This document shows positions 1 to 16,261 of a stretch of 64,000 nt of DNA, in pieces (the first letter of the stretch is position 1; each line of letters begins with the position of its first letter). The stretch comes from Chlorokybus atmophyticus. Taxonomy: Eukaryota > Plantae > Mesostigma and Chlorokybus algae. The position numbers and the translations under genes were made by a program. The notes under the pieces were generated by a model. It had not been told where the DNA came from. It ran no database searches and saw only the letters and a program-made list of their open reading frames with translations. The DNA is taken from positions 17,860 through 81,859 of the forward strand of contig RHPI01000160.1 in assembly GCA_009103225.1 (NCBI GenBank), read 5' to 3'.

Positions 1-1175
1 GGGGAGAGCTGAAGAGAGTGGCGAGGGGAGCGGCAGCCGCGCAAAGAGGAGCCCTGTGAACTTCCCATTTTCGGTGCAAAGAATGGAGGCCTCCTGATCA
101 GCTTGTGTCCCGGGAACAAGGATGCAAGGGACTAGGTAGATAGAGACAGCATCGGGGGGGGGGAGGGGGAGGGGGCTGTCATCTCTTCATCGCAAAGGCA
201 TTCGCCAAGCCATGCCGACACGTCCTCACGCAAAGGCGCAGAAGGGGCTGAAGCGGAGAGGCTTGAGGACTGAGAGAGAAAAGGATCCTTCTCAACAACT
301 TCATGCCAAGGTTCTGTGAGTGGGTGGGGGCATGAAGTCAGCAAGCGTGCGCTGACCTTGCACAGTTGATGCCTGGGCTGGTGCCTTCCGCTGGCGTGGC
401 TTGCGAGCAGGCGCCGACTGCTGCAAGCGAGAGAATGCAGTCGAAGGCATGTGGAGACTTGCTGGTTGTGCTTCCAGCGAGGAGAGGGATGCAGCCAGCG
501 GGGAGGAGGGGTCGGACACTTGCAGGGCATGCTCGCCAGCCTGCGCGCCAGCCACATCAATAGCATGTCCTTCCACACGAGCACCCCTGCTCTGTGGCTG
601 GGCAAAAGCAGTCAACCCAAGGGGGGACTGACTGTTCAGGCGTCGACTTCACAGGCTGCACCGTCTCCTGTCCAGCAGCTGCAAGGGGGCAACGCATCCA
701 GCTGCATCAAGGTGGAGGAGGTGGGTATACCAGCGGGTGACAACTCAGGCGGAGGTGATGAGGAGGCGCGATGAGGAGGTGGGGAAACAGGAGCAGACAG
801 CCCGGGGGGAGCTGATTGCTCAGATGTCGCAAACGAGGGGTGTACCAGCTGTTGTCCAGCAGCTGCAGGGGAAAACGTTCTCAGCTGCATCGGGGAGGAG
901 GAGCTGTGCACAACTGTAGGTGATGGCGCATTTGCAAGCGAAGAGGAGATGCGGAGGCGCGCAGGCATGGCAGGCAAGGCAGGCCTGTTAATGGCAGTGT
1001 TGTTGTTGACGTTGAAGTTGTTGATGTTGGTGCTGGCGTTGTTGATGTTATTCTTGGCCAGGGGCCGCGCCGACCGCACTGCGAGCACACACGCAAGGAC
1101 GGGGCGACCACCACCTCAACCGAGGAGAGCACCTGTCCGTCCTTGTGCACTAAGAAACAGATGCGCGAGGGGGGN

Positions 1176-1508
1176 AAACAGTAACGGCAGCGGCGCTTTC
1201 AGGGGGAGCATGATATGCAAAAATTGGCGACCGCGGCGGCGCCCTGCCCTTGGCAGGCTTGCAGCCTGGTGCGGCCGCGGCCCACGCGGCTTCGCTCACT
1301 CAGCAGGCCACGCGGCTTCGCTCACTCAGCAGGCCACACCTACAGTCATTGCGGCCGGCATCAGGGCACATTAGGCCTTCGTTAGTTTCTATGTTATGTT
1401 ATTTTTTCTGATCTCCAACTTGACCCCCCCTTCCTGGCGATAACCATGTGGCGAGGCCTAGGGCTCTGCCCCCCGGCAGTGAACTTAGGCCTAACACCCG
1501 ACCACAGC
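1176..1508. repeat. 333-bp dispersed repeat, copy 1 (matches 12243-12575)
   Basis: Sequence AAACAGTAACGGCAGC...CCCGACCACAGC recurs at 12243-12575 with no difference I could find, and the ORF-track translations are identical. It has an internal 26-bp tandem duplication (CGGCTTCGCTCACTCAGCAGGCCAC-). An N at 1175 abuts the left edge. Confidence 0.9.
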
Positions 1509-3099
1509 GGGGGCACACCTGGGCGGGGGAAGAAGCGGTGGCGCGCTTTTGATATGGGATGCATAAATTGGAGGGGCTTTAGACAGGGGGGAGGGGCAAG
1601 CCCATGACGCCGTAGGGAGCAAGAGCTGAGTGAAGAGATGTGTGGAAAGATGGAGAGGAGTTGGGGAAGGAAATCCATGACTTGGACTCCAACGGATCCT
1701 CGCACCGTCGAACACAAACGGGTTGACCGGAGCAGGGGGGAAGAGCGCCCGCTGAGTGGTGAGAATGCACATGGGACGCACCCTCTGCTGATAGAAAAAC
1801 AACATGTATCTCTCCTCCAGGGAGACAATGCACGGATGCATACAACGGCGTGCCCACGCCGTCTGAGCACGCCGACTCTATCCAAGCCAGTCTGCGTGCG
1901 CGAATGCTATCCATAGGACTGCTAGCAACATAAGCTGGAGCTAGCTGAACGAAGGGAATGTAAAGACTAGAGTGTCTAATGCAAAAGCGGACTGCATAGA
2001 TGCATGCACGCTAGCATTAACTGTAACTTCAGCGACAGAGTCAGCCATCTCCTATGCATGGCATCAGGGAGAAGAGAAGGGGTGGATAGCAACTTAGCTG
2101 TGGGGAAGGGCCCCTTGTTAGCAGCCCCAGCAGTGACGGTGCGGGTGTCAGGTAGGCCGCGGTCAAAGAGAGGATGGAGAGCGTCTTCCCCCATCGCCGC
2201 TGCAGTCCACGCAGAGGTGCGGAGACAACGGAATGGCAAGGGGGGAGTGGGAGGTGGGGAGTGTCCCTCAGCCATTGGGGATGCCTCCATGGCAATTCGC
2301 CGGTGTTGAAGCACGTGGAGGCAACGTCCAGCAGCGCTGGACCGTGTTTAACTAACACGCTACGTGTAACAAGTGCACCCTAAGGGATGCACCGGAAGCC
2401 CTCTAACGCCGCAAGGTGTTTAAAAGGCCCCGTGGGGTGGGGACTAGCCACGCCCCGCGAGGTTTCTGCCACCGCCACCGCCGCCGCCAAGTAGGTGGGA
2501 GTCGTCACCGACATGGCCGCCGCAGTCCCTCACATGTACTTTCTCCTCAAGTCCGCAGCGCAATCCTAAGACCCTAGCAAATGGACAAGGGACCATGCAA
2601 CCTAGTGCCTGCTACTCGTTTAGCATTGGCGCACGTGACCTTGGGAGCAAATGACCAGATGACATGTGTCGTCGTGACCAGGCAAGACACCAAATAATCT
2701 GGTCCAGGTAGCTGCTAAGTACCGCTCCAACCCAGGTGCGTAACATTCATGAGCCAGTGCTTGACAGTTGTTCATTGCTGATCCGAGACCATGCATGGTC
2801 TATAAGGGCCACTTGCGACCGTACCAGTGCAGCATGGTCCTGCTTGTGAGAACTATGATTGATCCATACACCCGTGCTGCCCAAGCTCATAGGCCGCAGG
2901 GCATGCGACCAGCCCTTGTCTTACTGCTTAGGTTGCGTGCTGACCAGTGCTGTATCCGTCTACAGGCCGCGGGGCAGGCAACAAGCCATAGTCCAGTTAG
3001 TGGGACCACGCCGTCCGGCTTCGGGGCGGGACCACTAGTGGTTCGGTCACACCGGACCAGTCGCGGCACTGGTATGCTATAGCGTACCAGACGTGGACC

Positions 3100-6000
3100 G
3101 CGGGCTGCGTGCAAAACCCCCTATGATGGTGTTATGCGTGACAATGCGGTGGGTACAACGCGGTGTTGCCTTCCTTGAGGTGTCATCGCAGCGGTATGTG
3201 TCGACAATTAGTCACTTGCATATCGTGGCAGAGTCAAGACCTGAAGCGGGCGCGAATGCGACTTCAGTCACCCGAGTCAAAGTAAGCCTCCATGGTGATT
3301 GCTCTGTGTTTTCGTATGTGCTTTGTGCGATTTTGTGTCATGATCAAATCACTCCCTTCTCGTGCAATGTTGATAGCTGCTTCAGTACATGTCAGCTCGA
3401 CTTGCCGGCTCTCCGATACATATGCTGCGACAGTGCCCTCACTAGTTACTGACAGTCGTTGCCTTACGTGCTGTTGCCCCCTCCCTCCTGTTTGCTCCAA
3501 GACATAAGTGACCGAGATGACCGGCTCTGCCTGATAGTCACATCAGAGGTGCGCAACGCACGCCCGGGCCTTCCGCTAGACATGCAAGTCAAATCTTTAC
3601 ATCCGTGTTGCAGCAGAAACAGGTTACTTGGTCATCACTGCTTATGGCCAAATTCTGTACATGTGTAGTGGTGCAGGGGGCTCTGTCTATCACGGAGCCC
3701 TAATAAGGGTAATCCCACTTAATCGTGTATCAAAGACACATGAGTTGGCTGCACACGTTGAAGAATCTGTCTGTTTGCGTCTCACGAACAAGGCGATTGC
3801 CTTTAAATCTGCAACGAAACATTTGCAAAGCTGTTGCTTAATTGTTGCAAACCAGCCTTTCAAGTGCGAGATGCGATTGATGATGTTATGGCTGTAATAA
3901 ACACATTGACCTCTCTTTATGTAACGAGTGGTGTGATATTGTGGAAAATTAAGCTAATTAGCAAACACTTGTTGATTATAAGTGCTCGTGTTTCATTTCT
4001 TTTTTGCAAGTTGTGGCATGTGCTGGCTATGCGTTGTGGTTGGAAACATCCTGTTCACACCAATGTCTCAACAAGTGGGTCTAGCAGTATCAAGCGTAGT
4101 GACATTAATGCAGATAGCGCGTCGGGTATGATTTGACAAGCCATCAATGCATGCCTGGTGCAAGCTTATTTAGAAGTGCATCTGCGCACGCCACCCACTC
4201 TTAATTGAGCAATGAGAAGAGAAGAAACGGCGCGCACATGCAAAATACAAATTGCTTCTTGACACAAAGGTCAGGCCATTTGCATCAAAGGCACCAATGC
4301 TGTGTCGGTGGCTAGCAGGAAACGCAGCAGCGGTAGCAGCAGCAGCAGCAGCAGCAGCAGTGACAATGCATGTTGTGCTGGTCACTGAATCTCAATCCGC
4401 TTTTGGTGTGTTCGTTATGTTGCTGTTGGCTTACTGTTCTTTGTCTCACAGGTGCTACAACACTTGCTGCGACGAATCATTACGATGTTATCTTAATTGA
4501 CGTATATATCTCCATCTAAACAAGGGTTGTTGCCATCACAGGACTCAGTAGGCAAATCTGTTGAAGACCGCCTACGTGCCGCAATGTTTGCAAGATATGT
4601 TTGCACGCACACTTGAATAACCATGCCTTGGCATAGGTGGCAAGACCGCGGCATTGAAGGCGATTGGTCTCGCTCTTCTTATGGCCAAAGCAGGTCTGAC
4701 ATGAGGTTGTTTTTCGCAACGTATTATTATGACCTCATGCTAATCATTGTGTGGCAGGGCTTTTCGCAGCCCGCAGCCATCCTGCCATGGTTGGATGCGG
4801 TGTATGCAAATATTGGCGATGGGCAGTTTCTCACTGAGAACCTGTCTATCTTCTCGGGTGAGGACTCACATTGTTGTGTATGGTGAGTACTGCGAACTGT
4901 TGCTGACCAACATTGTGCATCGATTTGGGCCATTCGCATCGCATACAATGCATCAAGTCAGCAGCCACGCGCCAGTCACTCGTCTTCCTTGATGAAGTAA
5001 GCGGTGCGCTTAGTGACACGCGTGACAGCATTGTTGTTGTTTAGCTTACTCCTCAGCATCGCTACTTGGTGCTAATGCAGGTAAGGGCACATATCCAGTT
5101 GAGGGTGCGGACTTGGGTGCAACCGTCCCGCTCGCTTTTGCACAAGGCGGAGCCCGCCTCACGCTTGCGAGCACACACCATGGCGAACTCAAAGCCCTCA
5201 AGTACAATGACGAGCGCTTTGAAGTGCGACTGTAGAGTTTGACAAAGCGAGTATTTTAAAAAGTATCTTGAGGAGACGCAAAGTGTTGCGCTTGTCAATA
5301 ACACAGCTCGCTGATTCTATGCTTTTGCTTTTTCTAAGGGAAGTTGGCTCCTACGTACATGTTAATGTGCCCCCCACAGTTTCGGAGATTCCAGGGCAGT
5401 CTAACGCTCTAACATTGCTTTCAGGTTTGGTTTGAGCGAAGGCATCATTGCTGATGCTCGGGAGCCGTACATGCAGGCTCGTATTGAAGTGAATGAGCAG
5501 GTGTTATGCTTGGATTACTTCGGTTAAGACTGCACACATGTTTGCCTTGGATGGTTGTGTGTGCTTGTCACCAATGCTATTTCGGGTACAGATGAATGCA
5601 GACATTGAGAACCATCGCCGGCAGTATGAGCAATACACTGCAGAGACGTCCACAACGCAGCGAGAGTCTTCCCGCATGCAACAGGTGCCAGAGTTGTTTC
5701 AGCTTCCCGATTGCACACATTGAACATCACCATCAACACACCAGCCGTACCTAAAACTCTCTCATCTGCAGGAGTTGGCGGCCAGCCGACGACGACTGAA
5801 AGAGCACGCTGCGGTTGTGCGACGTTAACCAAAGGAGGCTATTATCGCGCTTGCAGCTGAGGCCAGGGCGGCATTGGTTGCAGAGACGAGGAGAGAGAGC
5901 GTAGTTCATTGGCTGCATGCGGAAGCAGCAGCAGAGTAATGAGCAAGAAGGTTGGTGTCGCTGAGCGTTTGTCTTGAGTTGACATGAACTGAGGCAAGGG

Positions 6001-6480
6001 CAAGTCCAACATTGTGGTGATTACAGAGGCTGTAAAAGAGGTGGATGTGAAAGCGGAAAGTAATATAGGGAAGCAACAACAGATGGATGGCACCAATCTG
6101 AAGGCGTGTGTGCCAAAAAGTTGTCGACATTGTGCAGGTGGGAATTATGGGGGTCTCTCTCGTCTTGCAAGTTGCGCAGCGTGTGCCACTAGCGTGCTTC
6201 ACTCAACTGTGTGCTGAACTGCAGGTGTTACAAACGACAGGGAAGGTTGTCTCTGTCATGGCTCAGAAACAGGAGGTTGTGGTGCAAACGGGTCTGATGC
6301 AGCTGAAGGTTGTTTTCAGGGATTTGGCGCCTCCAGGCTCCAGCAGCAAGGCTCCATTGTTAGCAACAGCAGTAATAAGAGCATCAATAAGCGACCTTCT
6401 AGTGGCCGCATGCAAATGCTGGAACAGCAAAAGCAGACACACGCGAAGGGTGGCAAGTGACAGTAAGCTTCACAGATTGA
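3100..6480 (+). pseudogene. mutS2: MutS2-family (plant plastid-type) pseudogene with retained introns
   Basis: MutS2 motifs occur in order across exons: DGVMRDNA|SQDLKRARMR (~3125-3280), RHPLLIEQ* (~4185-4215), IDVYISI*TRVVAITG (TAA at 4517-4519), GKTAALKAIGLALLMAKAG (4637-4693), LPWLDAVYANIGDGQFLTENLSIFSG (~4780-4860), SLVFLDE Walker B (~4975-4996), GKGTYPVEGADLG...STHHGELKALKY (~5080-5205), IPGQSNAL/IAFRFGL (~5388-5430), and a KOW-like GKVVSV...EVVVQTGLMQLKV (~6240-6320). It has premature stops and 1-nt frameshifts at ~5223 and ~5410. The 5' boundary is uncertain. Confidence 0.85.
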
Positions 6481-7290
6481 TGTAACCCAGTCTCCGCTGT
6501 GTTAATTTACAGCAGGCAGAACGTTTGTAAGGGTTATTGCGAGTATGTGCAATTGCTCACAATTTGAACAATCTAGTTCGTGCACTGTGTGAATTACTCA
6601 GTTCGAGATAGCAATAGATATCGTTCACTGTTGGTAGGTGTAATTGGTTATGGTTGCTGTGTTGGATACCGTATAGGACGGCCAGCCCTTATGAATGACA
6701 CCGTCACCGCTTGTGTCAGCACTGTGTTGTGAATGCTTTTGTCGGTGCTGCTTATGCCCGCGTGTTACAGCACCACATGAACGCTGTACTTTTCATGACA
6801 CCTTCCTGTGTGCTGGGGATACTACTCGTCTACTATGGCTTGGTTAAGGTGTAGATTTTGTATGCAGTTGTTGGGTACACAACCTGAGTTGCCACATGAA
6901 TCTCAAGCATTGCTATTAAGAAGTGTACACAGGTTGATCGCTACATCATCTGCTAGTTGCCATCATATGGATGCAATCCAGTCACACCCAACAAAAGCAT
7001 CAAAGCAAACGCGACTCGTCCTGCTTTGGATGGTGCAAACATGCATAAGGTACGTGCAGCTATTGGTGTCCAAAACATACCAGAACCAGACTTGAACAAG
7101 ATCTAACACGGAGCTATGAGTGACTGCGCAATGTGTGGCAACTTGCTTATTCAACACCAAGCGTGCAGTCGCCTGCCTAGCTGTACACACAAACAGCTGC
7201 TATCACACAAACCAGGATAATTACTGGCTAGCTCAATACTAATCGAGCACATACGCCACGGCCCATATGCCCTTCTTGTTACTGTTGCTA

Positions 7291-10219
<2,929 letters not shown>

Positions 10220-10466
10220 GCTGCCGGCAACAGTGTGCGTGGAAGGTGAGCTGCATTTCAGTGCAAAGCACACAGCTGTGTTTGCATTGACGTGGAGGCT
10301 TACTGCGAGACCTGGCCGAATAAGCCACGGTAGCAAAAGACGCTGTGCTTTGCCCGATAACCGCTGATTAACCCCTTCTTAGCTTACTCAGCATCAACAC
10401 CACATCCAACCCGACTTTAACCGCCATCTATCTACCGCACAACACTTGGTGCTTCTAAACCGGTAG

Positions 10467-10538
10467 GGCTGGCTCGCGTTCGAACGTAACCAGCCTTCAC
10501 CGGTCACGCCGCGGAGCGTTCCGCGGCGCGTGACCGGT
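10467..10538. other. Two adjacent GC-rich hairpins upstream of ALDH3
   Basis: GGCTGG..CGTTCGAACG..CCAGCC (10467-10495) and ACCGGTCACGC-CGCGGA-GCGT-TCCGCG-GC-GCGTGACCGGT (10499-10538; 17-bp stem with a 2-nt bulge). Confidence 0.8.
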
Positions 10539-11320
10539 ACAGTAGTATAGCAATACTGCGCGCCGTTTCAATTAGTTGTGAACTTACTTCTACAGATGTG
10601 GAGCATTCCGTAAGGTTTGACCAAACCCCAGCTGGTAAAATATTGCAAAAGTTACCGTCAAACTAGGCGTTGTGGAAATTAGGGTTACAACTGATAAATG
10701 GTAATATATGCCGTAGTGCTGCACACTAATTCTATACTCTATAAATGTGCAAGGGCACACAAAAACTCTTGCTCGGCGACAGCAATCACGCATTCTTTTA
10801 CAGATGCATTGCAATAAATAACTTCGCGGGAAAACACAAACTATGAATGTGTCGCGGTTGTCACCAATGATTCAACGTACAACATAATTGATAGTATGGT
10901 ATTAGCGCAGTACATGGTCGTTCAAGCCGGTTTTTAATATGCTAAATAACACTTAATGAGCTGTATCATCTTCATAGCGTTACCTGCGCCGTCCAGCTCA
11001 CCTCAAGTGTCATTTACAATATTTGGATCAACTCCAACATGAAATCAATTCACCCTAGTCCTACAGCATGACCTCTCTACTAGAAATCTCCCATTAGGAG
11101 ATGTCGCCTTGTATGAGACATATTGTCAAGAACGGATTTTCCAAGCATGCCATAATGGACGGAACCTTACATGATGTTAGAATTTTTATGAAATTCAATC
11201 ATTATTAATTCGTTGAGTTCATCTAACCAACTAATCGCCTTGGTAATCAATGTGATGCGGGTAATCACCACGTCACACGAGCGTGACGTTCGCAATCATA
11301 TTATATATATATATACATAT

Positions 11321-11492
11321 ACATATACATATATATACATGTATATGCAAATGTTATAATGCTATAGTATTTACACGCATATATATACATATGTATATAT
11401 ACATATACATATATATACATGTATATGCAAATGTTATAATGCTATAGTATTTACACGCATATATATACATATGTATATATACATATACATAT
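11321..11492. repeat. 80-bp tandem duplication inside a TA-rich microsatellite tract
   Basis: GTATATGCAAATGTTATAATGCTATAGTATTTACACGC occurs at 11341 and 11421, a period of 80 bp. Confidence 0.9.
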
Positions 11493-12242
11493 AATAAATT
11501 TATTTACGTCCACTTATACATACAAATACATAGATATACATATATACATACATATATATAATATTAATATATATATTAAATTTATCATGGCTTTAGTTGC
11601 ATGCTTTATATAGCTGATATATAATAAGTATTATATTACCGGTATGCGTGTTATTTACAATAATGTATGCAACTTTCATGCGCAATGAGTATATCATTAT
11701 GAGTATATACATATGATAGTATACATATCCACATGTATAGATATGTGTATGTGTATATATATATATGTGTGTTATGATATACACATATATGTATGCACAT
11801 ACTTGACTGTGTGGTTGTTAATCTACGTTTCGTGAACGATGGTTACGCAAAAGTGGATACAACACGGACGCCACAGAATTAGGCACGGCTGATGCCCGGC
11901 TGTGGCACGGCCGTTCTTGGTAAGGCCATAGCCGGCGCTATACTGCTTCAAACGCACAATACGGAAAGTCGCGGCGCATCATGTAGATAGTTTTCGGCCT
12001 TGACGGCACGCTGAGTGGTTCCGTACCGTTCAGTTGAACTTTGTTGGCAATAGGTGTCCGAAGAATGATACACTTACCTATTAGGCAAAGCACAAGCCGC
12101 CTCTCTACGTAGCGTGTTTTGCCACCGAGGCTTAGTCCGCCAAGCCAGGTCCACGAGGCCCACGAGGAGCCCAAGGGGCGAAAGGGCGTGTCATGATACT
12201 GGCGTCTGCGACAAACTGCGTGGTGCTTACTCAGCCTACTGG

Positions 12243-12575
12243 AAACAGTAACGGCAGCGGCGCTTTCAGGGGGAGCATGATATGCAAAAATTGGCGACCG
12301 CGGCGGCGCCCTGCCCTTGGCAGGCTTGCAGCCTGGTGCGGCCGCGGCCCACGCGGCTTCGCTCACTCAGCAGGCCACGCGGCTTCGCTCACTCAGCAGG
12401 CCACACCTACAGTCATTGCGGCCGGCATCAGGGCACATTAGGCCTTCGTTAGTTTCTATGTTATGTTATTTTTTCTGATCTCCAACTTGACCCCCCCTTC
12501 CTGGCGATAACCATGTGGCGAGGCCTAGGGCTCTGCCCCCCGGCAGTGAACTTAGGCCTAACACCCGACCACAGC
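12243..12575. repeat. 333-bp dispersed repeat, copy 2
   Basis: Matches 1176-1508 and ends about 200 bp upstream of the inferred SDR start codon. Confidence 0.9.
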
Positions 12576-12773
12576 AGTGGCGCGGGCCTGCGCTGCGGCC
12601 CCTTCGTCCGGCGGCCGGTCGGTCGGCAGAGGTCGGCAGCGGCAGGTAAACCGGTCTTATGGCTGCCACACATGCGCCGCCACACATTACATGTTGTAGG
12701 CCTGCATTGCTAACAACGTGTCTTGCTTGTGACTGACTGACGGACTCGTCTGGGTGGGTGGGTACCCACGAGC

Positions 12774-15357
12774 ATGACGCCGCCATTGCTGCAGCAGCGA
12801 ACGGCGGCCCGGATCACGACGGAGGCGCCGAGGAGGAGGCGCCCACACACGTCAGCGAGCTGGGCGCGACGACAGCCTGCAGCTCACCCAGCAAGCAACA
12901 GGAGGTCAGAAGCAATCTCTCTCTCTAAGCTGCGACATGAGCACACACGCATCACATGTATCCGCCAAGACGACTGCTCTGATGTCGGTCTCCTGCCACG
13001 TGGCTGTCAGGCGGAGAGTCTCGGCCGCCTGCGGTGGCGGGACGGAGGGTGGTGTGAGGGTGGTTGAAGATGCGAGGTGGGGGTGGCGAGGGACGGGTGG
13101 TGGAGACGCGGTGAGGGAGGCGGCGGGGTCGGCTTACCTCACCACGCTGGTGCGCCTAAGTAACGTTGGCGTGATACAGTGGTTGGGTGGTGTAGTGTGT
13201 GAAGTGTATGCAGACAGTCTTTGGGGTTATTGATGGACTGTGATTGTTGCTGTGTGAAGGGTGGGCTGGAGATCATGGAGAATGTTGCGTACCACGCCAC
13301 GCGTGCACTCGTCCCCCCTCGCAAGGTGCAGTGTGGTACATGCCACACATAAATGTTAAGTGTGGCATGCACGACTTATGACACGAACCTCTTGACAACC
13401 ACACATACGCGTACGTGCACAGAGACAAACATATGCAAATGTGGTAACAACCGCTCAATGGGACACATGAAATGCAACGTGCAGGTGGATGCAGCTCAGC
13501 AGCCACTGCCTGGAAGAGTATGCGTCGTCACAGGCAAGAGAAAGAAATACAGCTATGAAATGCGCCTAAACAACATGATCCCAACAACATGCCCCCCCCC
13601 CCCCNACACGCACATGCACACACCAAAGCTGTTCAGGTGGCAATGCTGGCGTGGGATTCGCCACCTGCCAGGCCCTCTACGCCCGAGGCGCCCACGTGAT
13701 CCTTGCCTGCAGGTGCACCTGCTGTGCTGACAAAACATATATACATACGCATACACCCAGACATGCACAGAAACGAATGTGTACGTTGTATGTGCACACA
13801 TGTTGCTCTACGTCGTACGCGTACACGCTGTCACACAAACACACAAAGAAGTAGCATCTGTTGTTTCATTGCTAATGTGCAGTTCTATGTCCTTCTTCTC
13901 TTGTACATAGGTCGAAGGAGAGGGGAGAGGCGGCAGCAGCGGCGCTACTGAGAAGTGGCAACAGTGGTAACAACGATTGCAATACACAACTCAAGGGCCA
14001 AGTTGAGACGATGCCGCTGGACCTGGCGTCCCTCGCAAGCGTGCGCGGGTTTGCACGCGCCATCGCCACAAAAGGCCTGCACGTGGACGGTGCGCGTGTT
14101 GTGATGGGTGTCGTCGTTGTTGTTGTTGTCACCTTTTAAAAGCGTGTCCATAACATAGCAATTGGTTAATCTCGGTGCAGTGTTGGTGAACAATGCGGGC
14201 ATCATGGCGCCGCTGCAGAGAGAGGAGACTGCTGATGGCTTCGAGGCTCAGTTTCAGGTGTCTCTACTTGTGCCTATGTGTTCATGTGTTCATACGCGCC
14301 ATTGATGACTTGTGTGTTGGGTTCTACTTGTACATGTCACCGACACACGTACCAACAACAACAGGTGAACTACTTGAGCCACTTCCTGCTAACCAACTTG
14401 CTCACCAGCGCAAGAATGAAAGTGCGCCCGCAGAGTGGTGAGTTGTCATCATTGCTCTCTGCATGCATATACCAGCGGTGGAAAGTACATATATACGTAT
14501 GCATACATAGCTTTGTACAAGCATGCACGCATCAACCCTCATGCGTGTTTGCGCGTGCATGTGAGTGTGTGTGCGCGGACAATACCATGTGCGCACACCC
14601 ACCCACCCACCCACAGGCCCCATGCGCGTGGTGACGCTGACATCCATGACCCACGTCGGCGGCGCCATCGACTTCGCGGACATCCACAGCCGGCGCAGGT
14701 ATCTCCCCTTTGGAGCATACGCGCAGTCGAAGCTCGCGAACGTGCTGGCCGCGAGGGAGCTGCAGCGGCGGCACCCGGTGGAAGAAGTTGTGTCGGTGAG
14801 TGGTTGGAGAGAGGGGGTTGAGGGTGATGATGGTGGTGGGGGTGGTGATGGTGATGGTGGTGGTGGTGGGTTGCAGGTTGCGGTGCATCCGGGGCTGGTG
14901 GATACGACGCTTGCGAGGTGCGCATGTGTGTGTGATTGTAGACATGCGTGTCTTGTTGCATACGTGCTTGCAAGTGCGCGCAGAATGTCCATTGGATCTG
15001 TGTCACCTCAACAACAACAACAGGAACTACTTCCTTGACCGCACACCGAGACCGCTCCAACCCCTCCTCCAGTGCTGCTTCCGGTTCCTCCTCCGTACCC
15101 CACAAGATGTAAGTGTTGTCAACCTCAACACAGCTTCAACACACACACACACACACACACAGTATCTGCATCACCCACCCTTCTTTCCCCAGGCCGCCGC
15201 GTCTGTCCTGTTCGCCCTCACGTCCCCTCCCCCCGTCGTCGCCGGTGCCTACGTGGCGGGCGGTCGCGTGGTCCCCGGGTCCAGGAGCTCGCACGACGCG
15301 GAGCTGGCGGGGAGGCTGTGGCGGGCGAGTCGGGACATGGCGGGAGTGAGTGAGTGA
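12774..15357 (+). CDS. Classical short-chain dehydrogenase/reductase, RDH12/TIC32-like, 12 exons, about 419 aa, probable transit peptide
   Basis: Exons 12774-12904, 13011-13149, 13260-13325, 13485-13533, 13637-13712, 13911-14089, 14181-14257, 14365-14437, 14617-14795, 14877-14917, 15024-15108, 15193-15357 give one open frame. Motifs: VVTGGNAGVG (TGxxxGxG), LDLASLASVRGF, VLVNNAGIM, VNYLSHFLLT, YAQSKLAN (YxxxK), VHPGLVDT. The first three exons are less certain than the catalytic core. Confidence 0.9.
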
Positions 15358-16226
15358 GTGAGGGAGGGAGTAGTACCCAAGTGTGTGCTTTACCTCGTCG
15401 AGTTTGGTCGGGAAACATTGGGATGGACGTGTGTAAACATCTGCTGTGAAACGTGTTGGTACGAGTCCACTGAACGAATGATATGACTATTGTGGAGGAC
15501 TGGTTCGTCCGGTATGTACGTGCGCCCATTTGTGCACACCCGTGTACATGTGCACACACGTTGTGTTCGTGCACATATATGCCTGCGCACACGCGCGAAC
15601 GCGCACATGCACTCGCGTGTGCGCACAAAACCATATGCTCGCATGCGCACACACGCGCTGCGGCCCCCGTGCTTCCGCTCGCCCACGCCACCGCCGCCCC
15701 TATCCATGTCCTTGCGGCTGCCATCCAAACAAGCCCACATCATATAGCACAACACCACGTGAGTGTTGATCATCAATGTTGTCTCGTGTGAACTTCACTG
15801 ACAGTACGCATGACCTACTCCAACAGCAATGATGACCATTGAATGCCCACAGACTAGCGCACCGACAGACAGCAATCCATCTTGTTTAGCCTTTTGAAGA
15901 GGCTCACATCAGCACCAGGAGTGTAAAGTACCACAACTCGGTAACAATATCTGCACGCCTGCTGCTACGTACAAGTCTACCCTACGTGTGAGTCTATCAG
16001 ACCACACTCTTCAAGAGTGACCAGTGACCAGTGGTCAAGCACTACATCCAAGTCAGCATGGTAGGTGTTGTTGGTTGTGCACAAACCGTCGGACACTTGC
16101 AATCAACAGTGCAACTACGCACGCCCAACATTGGTTGGCCAGTGGTACACCAGCAAAGCAACCTTGTGCTCACCCTGCACAAGGCGTGGGACACGGTGGC
16201 TGGATATCAATGGGGGCAGATTGCTG

Positions 16227-16261
<35 letters not shown>

